The position numbers and the translations under genes are program-made. From the IMG/VR virus record IMGVR_UViG_3300044799_000048, positions 228-64,227 of that record: a DNA stretch of 64,000 nucleotides. The stretch is one strand, 5' to 3'. This DNA is from a virus. Its lineage: Duplodnaviria; Caudoviricetes. The notes beneath the pieces are model-generated. The model ran no database searches. It worked only from the letters and a program-made list of their open reading frames with translations, and was not told where the DNA came from. Every line of letters starts with the position of its first letter. Position 1 is the stretch's first letter. Of this stretch, positions 30,100 through 40,632 are shown piece after piece.

Positions 30100-33000
30100 T
30101 TAGGGCGTTGACGTTGATGTCGGTGCTTCTGTTGCCGTTGGTGTTGCTGTAACGGTAGGTGTAGAAAAGATGTTCGTGCTTCCAAAAGAGGGCCATTCAT
30201 TCCAGACAGGTGTCACGCTGAATCCCTCTGGGCGCTGTTCAAATGACCACCCAGCTACGCCAGAAGTAATTGGCTGGACGCTATGGATAAGCGATCCGTG
30301 GTCATCGTAGATCGCGATACGTGCTGTATCGGAAATGTTGTTACGCCACTGGAAGCGCGGCCAAAGTATTAAGTATCCGCCCGCAGCGATGTTTACTCCA
30401 CTTGGAACTGTGAACGTTATTTGCTTACTGTAGTATGGAGTCCCTGTGGGTGTAGGAGTGGATACCGTTCCTGTAGATGTAGCCTTAGGCGTGCGCGTAG
30501 GCGTGGCCGTAGGCGGAGTGCCAGTTGCGGTAGGTGTAAACTTTGTATCTACAACAAGTTTGTATCCAGCAATAGACAACGTGTCCGTGTAACTGCTATA
30601 GATCTCAAGCCACTGATCGTCGATGTCTGCTACCCCATCACCATTCCAGTCGATAGTAGGATTGTACTGAACCTCGCTGACCCAAAGGACATACATAGGG
30701 GTGGGGGTATGAGTAGAGGTTCCCGTTGCAGTCTTAGTCGCCGTAACTGTCTTCGTGCCTGTAGGAATCCATGTAGTCGTACCTGTGGGTGTGGGGGTAC
30801 GCGTGGGAGTTCCTGCAAGAAACGTCGCTGTACTGGTCGCCGTACTAGTTGCCGTCGCGGTGTGAGTACTCGTGCCTGTTGCTGTGGAAGTGCTTGTGTT
30901 TGTAGGCGTTGCCGTTGGCGTCAATGTAAATGTGGGTGTAGCCGATGGAGTCTGAGATGTAGCGGTTGAAGTAGCAGTTGGCGTTATGGTAGGTGTCGCC
31001 GTCGGCATACCCTCGGGGGTAGCATAGACGATGGACAGGTAAGGGACGAGATCAGAAAACGCGGCAATCGTAGCTTTCTCTGTTGAATAGAAGTAAGCAG
31101 CCTCAGAAGATGTCGTAGTTATATCACGGCTTACGAACAAACCATTATTTGTAAAGGTTCCTGAAATCCACTCTCCTACCAAGGACGTAATGTCCCATGA
31201 ATACCACCCTACTGTTGTGAATAGAGTCGTTGTAACATAAGAAGATGATTGGTCAGCATCTCCTCTTCCTGCATCTTCTTCCCATGCAATACCGTCCATT
31301 GCATTGAGATAGGTTGTACCCGTCATCGTGTCGGTGTCTGTCAGGATTCTCCTGACAGTAGTGTCTATGAAGTTCGCCCCCGTGCGCTCATTCATGTACA
31401 TGTACAAAATTGCGCTATAGAGTGTACTTGTTACAGGAACGCTGGAGAAGTCGAACTTAAGGGCCGTCCTCCAGCCCTTTCCATAAAGAGCGTAAGCACC
31501 GATGTTTAAGTGATCTTCATCATAGTGTGCAGTACTTTGAGAGAAGTAGTGCAAGTATGTGTCGTAACTAGGTGTCCAGACTGCAACGGGTACGGTAGGT
31601 GTGGATGTAATCGTGGGGGTTGCGGTTGATGTGACTGTGGGTGTGATCGTGGAAGTCGCAGTTAGTGTAATCGTGGAAGTCGGTGTCGATGTAGGAGCGG
31701 GCGTTGGCGTTGCGTAAACGATGCTCAGATACGGTTGATTTGACGTAGCCTCACTGCTTGTGAAGTTAATCAGTTTTGCGTCAAGTTGGATATTTTGTGG
31801 CTCCAGTATCATGCCATGATTCGAATATGTGTTCGCAAACCATTCAGCTACAAGCGACGTAATATCGAATGTATACCACGTGTTAGTCATATTGACCGTC
31901 GTGGTCACATAGGATGCAGCCGCGCGGTCACTAACCGCGTTTGCGCCGGCCTCCTCCCAGGGGTTGCCATCGGCGGCGTTGGTCCAGGTCGTCGTGGTCA
32001 TGTCCCCAATATCGCGCGCTACCCGTAACACACCAACATTAATTGGTCCAGAAAAACCAACGCTTATTGGATAAATGTGCAATGTTGCGGTGTAGAGTGT
32101 GCTACTGGACGGAATATCATAAAGCCAAAATTTCATCAGGGGTTTATAGGACACTATCGTTAGTGGCGATGGAGTTGTCTGTTTGTATGAGTCAATAGTC
32201 CAGTATTGCTCGCTGGAATAATTGGTATTGGGGGAACCCGAGTAGATGTATGTGTCATAATACGGTGTACGTATTACTGCCGGCCAAGTCGGGGTCGCCG
32301 ATCCCGTGGGCGTAGATGTAGAAGAGGGCGTGGAAGTAGAAGTAGAAGTAGGTGTTGTTGTCGCTGTAGACGTTGGCGTATTGGTTATAGTGGGGGTAGA
32401 TGTTTGTGTGGCCGTTGGCGTGTATGTCGGTATTGTTGTGTTCGTCGGAGTCAGTGTCCGTGTACTTGTTGGAGTGGCGACGGAGACAGTCCACTGGACA
32501 TACAATTTCGGACGATAGCCCGCTGTGTTGGAGTTGGAACTGATGATACCATAGTATGTATTTACAGACCCAGCAGATTGAAGTAGCAGGCCGTAGTTAG
32601 GTGAGCCATCAGACCATGACTGAACTGCGGTCTTTACGTCGATATTAAACCACGCGTTAATACTACCCATCGTCACAGAACCGATGGAAGTTGGACTTAT
32701 GTCACTAGAAGATGTCCCTCCAGCAGTACCCCACGTAGATACTCCAGATGTATTCCACGTCGCGAGTGTAACAGAGATAGGACGCACGATCCGGTATGCA
32801 TTGATGTCTACATTCGCGGCAATACTACGATATGTTGGATAGAACGAGAGCGTTGCGGTGTTGATCGTCGCATGGGCCGGAATCGCAGATAGATCAAATT
32901 TGATGACAGGGTGTACGGTATTAGCATTGTACACGTACACATTTACAGCAGTAGAAAAGTTTATCGTCTTGTCGTAACTACTCAGGTAAGTGTCTTCTGC

Positions 33001-34707
33001 ACCAGTATAACCATCGAGTCCCTGTTGAAAAGTCTTCGCTCCACTACCGGCCGCGCTTGTAGCAGTTGCGGTTGGATTCACAGTTGGAGTTCGTGTCCAC
33101 GTAGCAGCACCAGGAATGGGTGTATTAGTTGGCGTGTGTGTAGGAACTGTAGGTGTGGGAGTGCGCGTGGGAGTGCGCGTAACCGTTGGGCCGGTAGGTG
33201 TTCTGCTTGGTGTATATGTTGGAACGGGCGTATTAGTTGGACCACCAGGGACGTAAGGGATAGCCAGATAGTGATTCCAGTTAGTTGTCAGACCCGCTAG
33301 TAGTTGCGCCCGCGTGTAGGTGTTCATCGGGTAGGTGGTATTGTCGTATAGTGGCTCGCCCGTAAAACAAGCAGCGCTTATCCCCGCATCAATGGCATTT
33401 TTTAATGACCAATAGTTGTGTCCCGCGGCTGCTCCCGTACCAGTACCGCCACCTGTCCACGGCGCTGTCTGACCAGTTTCATACATGGTGCGCGTGAAAT
33501 TCTTGTAGCGCCCAAGTTCCGTGTCAAAACTATAACTCCAACAAACGCGCACGGTCGATCCGAAGAGGCAATCGAAATCTTGTCCACCGGTAGGAAAAGT
33601 ACAGTAACAACTAGCAGCACTTGTATTGCCCCAGCCGTTCTGTTTGAGCCAACCTTCCTTGCCATCTTGATTGACCACGTAATCCGCTACATAACCGGCA
33701 GGCCCATATTGGTTACGAGGATCGTTGACGCCATACCAGATAGCTGTACCTGCCCCAGAAAATCCACTCCCAAGTTGCACTATAACAGGAGTATGGATAA
33801 AATACTTCTTATATATTTCATATAAGCGAATCGTGTTGCGGGCATAGTAGTAGTCCCATCTGACGCGCCAGATTGATCCTGCTCCCCACCAACCAAGCGG
33901 GACTGTCCAGGGACTTGTAACAAGTTCTGCTGGCGTAACAGTTTCATTCCACGTTGCCAATGCCGCGACCATCGCCCGAACTGGCATTGAACTGACATCG
34001 CACACAACAGCCGTAGGGTCAACAGTACAATTTCCGGTCATATAACCCGTATCGCCATTGTAGGGGCGCTGTCCCATCTCGCCCCATTTACCACCAGCCA
34101 TAATCAACACGCCACCTACACGTGGGTCATTATCATACTTTGCCGCCATTGCAGCGACGAGGGGTTCCCACAAAAGATGGAAATTCTTGTCCCATTGTAA
34201 TGCTAACCCAGGGTAAACATCCTTTGCACTACTGTAAGCGTTCTGATTTCCACCCTGAATTCTCATGACATTATTATCACCAGAACCAGTGGTGGCCCAT
34301 GCTGGCACAACACGACTATTCACATCGGCGTTGGCGACTGCTTGCACAAACATCGTATTTGTGCCCGTGGTTACGGTCGAAAGCCGCAAATCAATCGTAC
34401 TCCAGTTATACGTGTGAACACCATTTACGGGCGCGTTCGGCTCGATGGTGTTCCAGTAGGCATCATAACCACTGGGATAACCCCATGTGACAGGTACGCC
34501 GCCATAGGCGTTCCCAAAATTCACTGATTGGCAGAGACCCAATAATCCCGCAGGCGCGTTGAACTTGTCGCCAGATGCGCCTCCTACCAATTCAGGTCCA
34601 GTAGACACGGGTGTAATCTCAGGAGCGCGTAGAATTATAGCGAAGTAACTTACAGTCGCCACAATAGCAATTACTATTACAGACAGAAAGAGGAGTTTTC
34701 TATTCAT
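30100..34707 (-). CDS. Large membrane-anchored or secreted multidomain carbohydrate-active protein
   Basis: Signal/anchor; GH-like domain (WNTIEP...YNWSTID); three DNRLRE/CBM96-like repeats (DTY..S...NF/Y...KFD...IP....ATL...DI..LV..W...NxG); C-terminal lamin-tail-like domain; long Thr/Pro linkers. Confidence 0.75.
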   Translation of the reverse strand: MNRKLLFLSVIVIAIVATVSYFAIILRAPEITPVSTGPELVGGASGDKFNAPAGLLGLCQSVNFGNAYGGVPVTWGYPSGYDAYWNTIEPNAPVNGVHTYNWSTIDLRLSTVTTGTNTMFVQAVANADVNSRVVPAWATTGSGDNNVMRIQGGNQNAYSSAKDVYPGLALQWDKNFHLLWEPLVAAMAAKYDNDPRVGGVLIMAGGKWGEMGQRPYNGDTGYMTGNCTVDPTAVVCDVSSMPVRAMVAALATWNETVTPAELVTSPWTVPLGWWGAGSIWRVRWDYYYARNTIRLYEIYKKYFIHTPVIVQLGSGFSGAGTAIWYGVNDPRNQYGPAGYVADYVVNQDGKEGWLKQNGWGNTSAASCYCTFPTGGQDFDCLFGSTVRVCWSYSFDTELGRYKNFTRTMYETGQTAPWTGGGTGTGAAAGHNYWSLKNAIDAGISAACFTGEPLYDNTTYPMNTYTRAQLLAGLTTNWNHYLAIPYVPGGPTNTPVPTYTPSRTPTGPTVTRTPTRTPTPTVPTHTPTNTPIPGAATWTRTPTVNPTATATSAAGSGAKTFQQGLDGYTGAEDTYLSSYDKTINFSTAVNVYVYNANTVHPVIKFDLSAIPAHATINTATLSFYPTYRSIAANVDINAYRIVRPISVTLATWNTSGVSTWGTAGGTSSSDISPTSIGSVTMGSINAWFNIDVKTAVQSWSDGSPNYGLLLQSAGSVNTYYGIISSNSNTAGYRPKLYVQWTVSVATPTSTRTLTPTNTTIPTYTPTATQTSTPTITNTPTSTATTTPTSTSTSTPSSTSTPTGSATPTWPAVIRTPYYDTYIYSGSPNTNYSSEQYWTIDSYKQTTPSPLTIVSYKPLMKFWLYDIPSSSTLYTATLHIYPISVGFSGPINVGVLRVARDIGDMTTTTWTNAADGNPWEEAGANAVSDRAAASYVTTTVNMTNTWYTFDITSLVAEWFANTYSNHGMILEPQNIQLDAKLINFTSSEATSNQPYLSIVYATPTPAPTSTPTSTITLTATSTITPTVTSTATPTITSTPTVPVAVWTPSYDTYLHYFSQSTAHYDEDHLNIGAYALYGKGWRTALKFDFSSVPVTSTLYSAILYMYMNERTGANFIDTTVRRILTDTDTMTGTTYLNAMDGIAWEEDAGRGDADQSSSYVTTTLFTTVGWYSWDITSLVGEWISGTFTNNGLFVSRDITTTSSEAAYFYSTEKATIAAFSDLVPYLSIVYATPEGMPTATPTITPTATSTATSQTPSATPTFTLTPTATPTNTSTSTATGTSTHTATATSTATSTATFLAGTPTRTPTPTGTTTWIPTGTKTVTATKTATGTSTHTPTPMYVLWVSEVQYNPTIDWNGDGVADIDDQWLEIYSSYTDTLSIAGYKLVVDTKFTPTATGTPPTATPTRTPKATSTGTVSTPTPTGTPYYSKQITFTVPSGVNIAAGGYLILWPRFQWRNNISDTARIAIYDDHGSLIHSVQPITSGVAGWSFEQRPEGFSVTPVWNEWPSFGSTNIFSTPTVTATPTATEAPTSTSTP

Positions 34708-35218
34708 TCAATAGTTCCCGTTTAGGTAGTTGCCCAATCTGTCGAAGCGCGTCGATGTTTCCAACACTTACACGTCCAGATGCGATCAGGTCTTGATTAG
34801 CCTGCCGCGTCAGCCGCTTCTCCCAGTATTCCCGCTGTGCGGCGTTCAGTTCCTCGTGCGTGTATTTGTGTGGAAATGATTTCCAGATGCCATATAGTGC
34901 CTCGAACTCACGTGACGCGCCCAAGTAGGCTCTGTCCTGAATCTCGATGTCGATGCGCTTCAGGGCGGCGTCAATTTGTGAAGTCTCTGTGCCAAGTGCT
35001 TCGAACTCAGCAATCTCAATCTCTAGTTTGCGGCGATGCAATTTGGCCTGGCGGATGACGTCGTATTTGATCTGGAGCTCGAGAACACACTGAGCATAGC
35101 GCGCCGGATCGGTGTCTTTCTCACCGACAACAAAATTCTGAAGAACGTAATCCGAGCGGGGCTGCTGGATCTCGTCGAACGCGCCCTGCATCTCTGCAAT
35201 TGCCTGTGCAAAGTTCAT
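34700..35218 (-). CDS. Helical protein downstream of the repeat tail protein (possible chaperone)
   Basis: MNFAQ...RSDYVLQNFVV...RYAQCVLEL...EYWEKRL.RQA; start corrected to 35218. Confidence 0.55.
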   Translation of the reverse strand: MNFAQAIAEMQGAFDEIQQPRSDYVLQNFVVGEKDTDPARYAQCVLELQIKYDVIRQAKLHRRKLEIEIAEFEALGTETSQIDAALKRIDIEIQDRAYLGASREFEALYGIWKSFPHKYTHEELNAAQREYWEKRLTRQANQDLIASGRVSVGNIDALRQIGQLPKRELLNE

Positions 35219-35220
35219 GT

Positions 35221-37230
35221 CTACCATCCTGTGTCGCTTGCCCCTGCTACCCCATATCGATCCGCGCTCAAATCGGCAGTAACGCAAGCCGCCGTCGCGT
35301 CGGTGGCAAACGTGATCTTGTCCATCGTCACCACGGGGGTACTTTCCGTTGGTGTGCAGCCGCCTCCGAAATATCCCTTCGCGGCACCCCCACTCAGGCC
35401 GGCCAGACCCCACCGCGCCTGACTCAGGTTGGCGGTTGCGCATGCGGATGTCGTATCCGTCGAGAAAACGAGTTTGTCCGCTGTCGCTACTGGAGTGTCG
35501 TAAGCCCCTACGTCGCCGCCGGCGAAATAGCCCTGTGTACTACCATCACTGACGCCTGCCATAAATCCGCGTGCCTGACTCAAATTAGCCGCGGGGCAGG
35601 CAGCAGTCGTATCCGTGGCAAATGCAACCTTGTCCGCCGTGGTTACATATCCCCCAGCGAGAGGTTCCCCGCCAACAAAATAACCCTGCGTGCTACCATT
35701 ACTGATCCCCGCCAGGCCACCCCTCGCCTGACTCAAATTGGCTGTAGCAACAGCGGCGATAGTATCGATAGGAAAGATGATCTTGTCTGCGATAACCACC
35801 TCGGTTGGTGTACCACCCCCGACAAGGTATCCTTTTAGATCACCGTCTCCTAAACCCGCTAGCCAATAACGCGCCTCACTCAAGGCCGCCGTTGCGCATG
35901 CCTCGGTTATCTCTGTCACAAAAGTTAGTTTTTCGGTCGACGCAAAATATACCGGTCCGGTATCCATACCCCCTGATATGAATGCTTTCACCTCTGCCTG
36001 AGCCACACACGCCGGGGCTTCGCGCTGTTGTACCAGATCCGCTGTCGCGCAAGCGGCCGTGACGTCTGTAGAAAAGACGACCCGGTCAGCAATGTACATC
36101 TGTATCGTGAATGGCGGCGCGGGCAGTATATGCACCCCGCCGATGAAAAATCCCTTGGCACCATAATATGGCGCTACTGTTGTCGCAAGTGTTTTGTATT
36201 CTGTACCAGAGTAATATTCATAGACCGAGTTCGTGTAATCCCATCGCATATCACTTGGCAGAGGAACCGTAGCCCTCTCGGTAGGATAGATGGAATTGTA
36301 GAAGTTTACGGGATATCCCCATAGAATATTCCGCACCCCATCAAGGTACATTCCACCCATGCCAACAGATAGAATAAGTCCAGCGGACTCACTTCCGCCA
36401 CCAGTCTTGGTATTCTTTACGGTGGTTATTCCGCTCTCACTTACATCGACAGAATATGTGAACTCTCTATCGTGAGACTTTATTTCAAGAGTACCCGGGC
36501 CGAGTTCTGCAAATACCAAGCCATCTTCGCTAGATAGATAGAGTGTTTGCGCAAACGAACCGTCAGGCGTACTGAATTGCACGCCGGCAGAAACGGCATT
36601 CATCTTAGTGCTGGATATCAACCCAATTATGCCGGTTTCACTACTCTCAGAACTAAATGCCTTTAATGTTAGCCCCGTGTTGCCATACAGATTCGCTATT
36701 TCGATGTTGCCATCACGTAATGTTACATACTCAAAGAATGCTTCAGCACCCCACGTTGTAAATGATCCATCATTGTTCAGGCCAAGAGTTCCTAAACTGA
36801 CAAAGGGAAGGACACCGGTATTCAGGAATATAGCTATGTCATTTTCTACATTTAGTGAACCCACGGGAATAGTAAGTGGTAGGTTACATCTACCATCGAT
36901 CTCTACTTCTTCCGTGACGCCGTTGTAGTCTATTCCAGCATGTTCCGGAAGACCCAGGCGGAAGTAATCCGTGATGTATGTCTCGCGCTTGTAGATGCGG
37001 TTATGTTCGTCATAGTCAAGCATACCGTGATCAATGTCGCTGAACACAATCCTACGTCCAGTAGACTGGCCAAGTTCCATGTCGCCCGCGGTGATATGCC
37101 CGATGTCTGGACTGACATCAGACCATTGTGCGACGTTCAGATTCGCGGGACGCCATTTCAACATGCTGCCCATCGTGTTGTTCTTCAGCATGTTTTCAAG
37201 AGCAGTTAGGCGCTGCTCAACAGTTGGCAT
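35221..37230 (-). CDS. Tail/receptor-binding protein with C-terminal kelch-like repeats
   Basis: About six repeats of GYF.GG...TADK..F.TDT..A...A.LSQAR..LAG. Confidence 0.65.
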   Translation of the reverse strand: MPTVEQRLTALENMLKNNTMGSMLKWRPANLNVAQWSDVSPDIGHITAGDMELGQSTGRRIVFSDIDHGMLDYDEHNRIYKRETYITDYFRLGLPEHAGIDYNGVTEEVEIDGRCNLPLTIPVGSLNVENDIAIFLNTGVLPFVSLGTLGLNNDGSFTTWGAEAFFEYVTLRDGNIEIANLYGNTGLTLKAFSSESSETGIIGLISSTKMNAVSAGVQFSTPDGSFAQTLYLSSEDGLVFAELGPGTLEIKSHDREFTYSVDVSESGITTVKNTKTGGGSESAGLILSVGMGGMYLDGVRNILWGYPVNFYNSIYPTERATVPLPSDMRWDYTNSVYEYYSGTEYKTLATTVAPYYGAKGFFIGGVHILPAPPFTIQMYIADRVVFSTDVTAACATADLVQQREAPACVAQAEVKAFISGGMDTGPVYFASTEKLTFVTEITEACATAALSEARYWLAGLGDGDLKGYLVGGGTPTEVVIADKIIFPIDTIAAVATANLSQARGGLAGISNGSTQGYFVGGEPLAGGYVTTADKVAFATDTTAACPAANLSQARGFMAGVSDGSTQGYFAGGDVGAYDTPVATADKLVFSTDTTSACATANLSQARWGLAGLSGGAAKGYFGGGCTPTESTPVVTMDKITFATDATAACVTADLSADRYGVAGASDTGW

Positions 37231-37871
37231 TAGATGAAGTAACCCGTGACGTAGAAATAAAGATAAACCGATCCGCCAGAATAAGACGGAATAATCTGAT
37301 AGTAACTCGTACCATCAACGGCGGAGATAGGAACGATACCGGATACACAAGTGTAATCTGAATATCCACCAGCCAAGAGAGTCGTAGCGGTAGTATATGC
37401 TTGTAGCGACCATTCTTGTGTAGCTTCTTTGGCCTTAATTTTGAAGATGCCCTGATTAGTGCGAAGAGATGGATTAGAAACGTCATTTATCAGAATAGTC
37501 AATTGAACCGCCCTGGCAGCGGCGGGTACTCCAAAAACCGAATACCAGTTTATCGTACCAGTAGCGGCAGATTTCGCCCCAGCCCAACTTGCAGTTCCTA
37601 GTGGATCAAAGGCTCCGTTATCAAACTTATCCGCTGGGACAAACTGATACACCTGCACCGTGGCCTTTTTTGTGACACTTGCCAAGGCATCGGCGGTCAT
37701 AGAGTTGTAGGTCACGTCCTTGTGATGACCTTCGTGCCCGGACGCGTAATCATGCTCGACGGCCAGGTCGGTGTCGATCTCCTGAAGGGTAGAAAGCAGT
37801 GCTGTCGCGTAACCAGTACCAGCGTCGCCAACGGCGGGTCTGGCCCATCCGTAGTTCGTTGTGTTTGCCAA
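37230..37871 (-). CDS. Tail fiber-like protein
   Basis: TTG start with GGAG RBS; ANTTNYGWARP.VG N-terminus; GVPAAARAV.L...VTGYF C-terminus. Confidence 0.55.
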   Translation of the reverse strand: MANTTNYGWARPAVGDAGTGYATALLSTLQEIDTDLAVEHDYASGHEGHHKDVTYNSMTADALASVTKKATVQVYQFVPADKFDNGAFDPLGTASWAGAKSAATGTINWYSVFGVPAAARAVQLTILINDVSNPSLRTNQGIFKIKAKEATQEWSLQAYTTATTLLAGGYSDYTCVSGIVPISAVDGTSYYQIIPSYSGGSVYLYFYVTGYFI

Positions 37872-37873
37872 AA

Positions 37874-38392
37874 TTAAGTCTCCTTCCGAGGTATAAAACT
37901 GCCAAGATTTCTCATACACCAATCGTTGAAAAGATTCACATTTAATATGGCCCAATCCCAAAAGATCAATACTTCGTAGCCCTTACTCTTTAGGATCGCG
38001 TCTCGCCTTGCGTCTCTTACGTCCGCTACAATTCCAGTGTGCCATGTAAGGCCGTCTACTTCGATGATAGTCATTCTATCCAGGAGGATAAAGTCAACAA
38101 CGATTCCACCGAACTGTTGCCGACCGCCCTGGCTCGAACTCTGAAACGAAAACGGTATGCGTCTGCGTTCCAGTTCTTTATAGAGGATTCGTTCGGGGAG
38201 AGAACCGTATACTTCAGAGATAGGAACTGCCCTTTGTTCTTGTGGGTCTACGCCAACCGTTGGACGGTAGGTAGACCGCGGCCCCTTTCGGTAGATTGGG
38301 CCATGTCTCTTTCTTAACGCCGCGGTCTTGAAGTAATCTGCCCGATTGAACTTAAGGGGACGCCATCTTACGGGGAATTGAAGTGCAGGCAC
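37874..38392 (-). CDS. DUF559-like endonuclease
   Basis: ERILYKEL...VDFIL...IIEVDG..WH...RDARRDAIL...GYEVL. Confidence 0.8.
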   Translation of the reverse strand: MPALQFPVRWRPLKFNRADYFKTAALRKRHGPIYRKGPRSTYRPTVGVDPQEQRAVPISEVYGSLPERILYKELERRRIPFSFQSSSQGGRQQFGGIVVDFILLDRMTIIEVDGLTWHTGIVADVRDARRDAILKSKGYEVLIFWDWAILNVNLFNDWCMRNLGSFIPRKET

Positions 38393-40632
38393 TAGACACC
38401 CTCAGCATTAGCAACCACAAACATTACCCGAACATCCCCCTCAACTTCAATGGGTTCATCTGCTTTTGCTGGCCCTATTACCGATTCAAAGCGCACTGGA
38501 ATCCATGTGAGGGAAGAACAAAATACATAGTGTCCCCTATCCCATTTATCCATAAAGTACATTGGAACCTTTGATGCCCTTGCGTCTTTAAGTACATTGT
38601 AGATTCCCCAGGCCGTAAGCGTTTCGAGTTCACCATCTAACTGTTTAATTGAGTCGGCGTTGATAACATTCATTGTGTAAGAGTAGATTGTGTCTGGACG
38701 CGGAACGTATTGGAGAATCATCTTGAAAAGAACTGGTGTCACGGCCGCTTCAGATGTCTGGAAGTTCAGACGAAACCGAACGCGTTTTGCTACAGAACCA
38801 GCAGTGGAACCAGTCCATCCAAATAAGCCGTCGCCAAACTTGCCATCGCCGAAAAAGCTTTGTACTTTCGGAAAGTAGATCGTCTCTGTTCCAGAAGAGT
38901 CATTGAATGTTCCAAGGTGCCACCATGTACCACCATCGAGCGCATAGTCAACATCTATCCCGCAGTTCTCAGAGAAGTTAGCACCCATGAGTGTGAGAGA
39001 TGCAAAGTATTTGTCAATCGTCGCCAGCATCGCATCAAACTCACTGGTGTAAAGGTAGTGAGTGGACGCGTGGTTAGACGGCATAATTGTGTACAGATTT
39101 CCAGTATCAAACGTGATTACAGAGCCAGATACACAAGTAACCGTATTGGTAGTGTTAGATGCAATCTCACCAATGTTGTCGTCAAGTCCCACTTTCGTCT
39201 GAGACAAATTACGGATTGTATCTCCCACATATTTATTTGCTGTCCACGTCTGAGTAGAATCAGTTAGAACCGCAGCGTCATTGGCTCCTGTATGAGAACC
39301 CTTCTGAACTATATCGTAGTCTGCATAGGACATATTAGACGCAGACTGAAATGGAATATAATAGATCGATCCTGTAGTATCGAAGTGGTTTATACCAACC
39401 CACAACTTATCGTTTGTAGGTGTATAGTTCATCGCAGAAACCATATCGGTATCAGCAGATAGATCTGCTACCTTATGCCAACCCGTTCCGTCTGTGACAA
39501 GAAGAACGTCCCTGGTTTGGGAATATCCGAATAGTCCCCATCCAAACCAGTGGTCTCCAAAAGTAGATGTAGTCCCGAAGTCTTCAGAGGCTATGACGTA
39601 AAGGAATGGGCCGGCAGGAGTGAAGTACCTAAAGTGCCCATATCGCTTGTAGGGGAATGAGAAGTCGATCATGGGAGGAGTGGCATTGATGACCGAATTG
39701 CCACTTAATTTCCATATTTCATTCTTGATCGTAAACCAGAGTGATCCCTGGAAAACCGCGGTCGCCTTGAAGTTGAAAGAATGACGCTCGCTGGTATAAT
39801 TCAGAGCGCGGAATGCGGCACTCTGGTCATCGTCTGGAACCTGCCACATGCCATCCTCGCGGCAGGCGTACAACGCGTTATTGTAACTGATGAGCGCCTT
39901 CATAGGGACGAACCCGGGGCCGATCTTTATCTCCCCGCCGGCTCCAGAAATGTCATTTTCGTGCGAATGCATGTCTGTCCACACATCAGAAGCAAAGTGT
40001 ACATAAGACGATTGCCTGTCATTGGAGAAGATAAATCCCGCAGACATTGCAAACCATTCTAGGTCAGACGTTTCTTCTTGCACCAAGTCCGTCCAAGATG
40101 CACCGTCATATCGTTTTGGACGAGCATCTTTCAGTGTGACGTACAGATATGTTCCATCCGTGATAGCATCAAGGCAATCCCCAGAGTCAAGTCCACACGA
40201 CTCAAACGCCGCGCCAGTCCACTTCCACACGCCCACGTCTGTGAGGCAATATACCTGATCTGCATACTCCACAAATTTAGACGGGACGTAACAGGTAGCA
40301 GGAGAGGCATCGGTTGCCTTGGTCATCATCATAGCCATGTGGGGCCAGCGCGTATCAACTCCGCTCTGAGGAAGTGTTGCATTCGGTTCAGACCCCGAGA
40401 ACGCATATCCCTCTGGGTCTGTCATTTCGCGAAAGCCAAACCCATGCGCCCAGTTTTCCTGCAACAAGGTTTGGTTGATGGTCTGGTCAGTGTACCGCAT
40501 GTCACCCGAGGCCATCTTAGCAGAGAATGAGTTTATATCACTCTCCTGGTACGAATGTGGACGCAACAAGAAGCCGTATGTATTGTTGCCTATAGACAGT
40601 GTAACGTGGTGAGTTACTTGGGCATTAGGCAT
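38392..40632 (-). CDS. Tail tubular B / nozzle-like beta-propeller protein
   Basis: 746 aa, beta-rich, with WAHGFG near the N-terminus; follows the adaptor-like gene. Confidence 0.55.
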   Translation of the reverse strand: MPNAQVTHHVTLSIGNNTYGFLLRPHSYQESDINSFSAKMASGDMRYTDQTINQTLLQENWAHGFGFREMTDPEGYAFSGSEPNATLPQSGVDTRWPHMAMMMTKATDASPATCYVPSKFVEYADQVYCLTDVGVWKWTGAAFESCGLDSGDCLDAITDGTYLYVTLKDARPKRYDGASWTDLVQEETSDLEWFAMSAGFIFSNDRQSSYVHFASDVWTDMHSHENDISGAGGEIKIGPGFVPMKALISYNNALYACREDGMWQVPDDDQSAAFRALNYTSERHSFNFKATAVFQGSLWFTIKNEIWKLSGNSVINATPPMIDFSFPYKRYGHFRYFTPAGPFLYVIASEDFGTTSTFGDHWFGWGLFGYSQTRDVLLVTDGTGWHKVADLSADTDMVSAMNYTPTNDKLWVGINHFDTTGSIYYIPFQSASNMSYADYDIVQKGSHTGANDAAVLTDSTQTWTANKYVGDTIRNLSQTKVGLDDNIGEIASNTTNTVTCVSGSVITFDTGNLYTIMPSNHASTHYLYTSEFDAMLATIDKYFASLTLMGANFSENCGIDVDYALDGGTWWHLGTFNDSSGTETIYFPKVQSFFGDGKFGDGLFGWTGSTAGSVAKRVRFRLNFQTSEAAVTPVLFKMILQYVPRPDTIYSYTMNVINADSIKQLDGELETLTAWGIYNVLKDARASKVPMYFMDKWDRGHYVFCSSLTWIPVRFESVIGPAKADEPIEVEGDVRVMFVVANAEGV

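Noticed and set aside
35221-36100. Diversity-generating retroelement target
   Set aside because: No reverse transcriptase, and no template/variable repeat pair differing at adenines was seen
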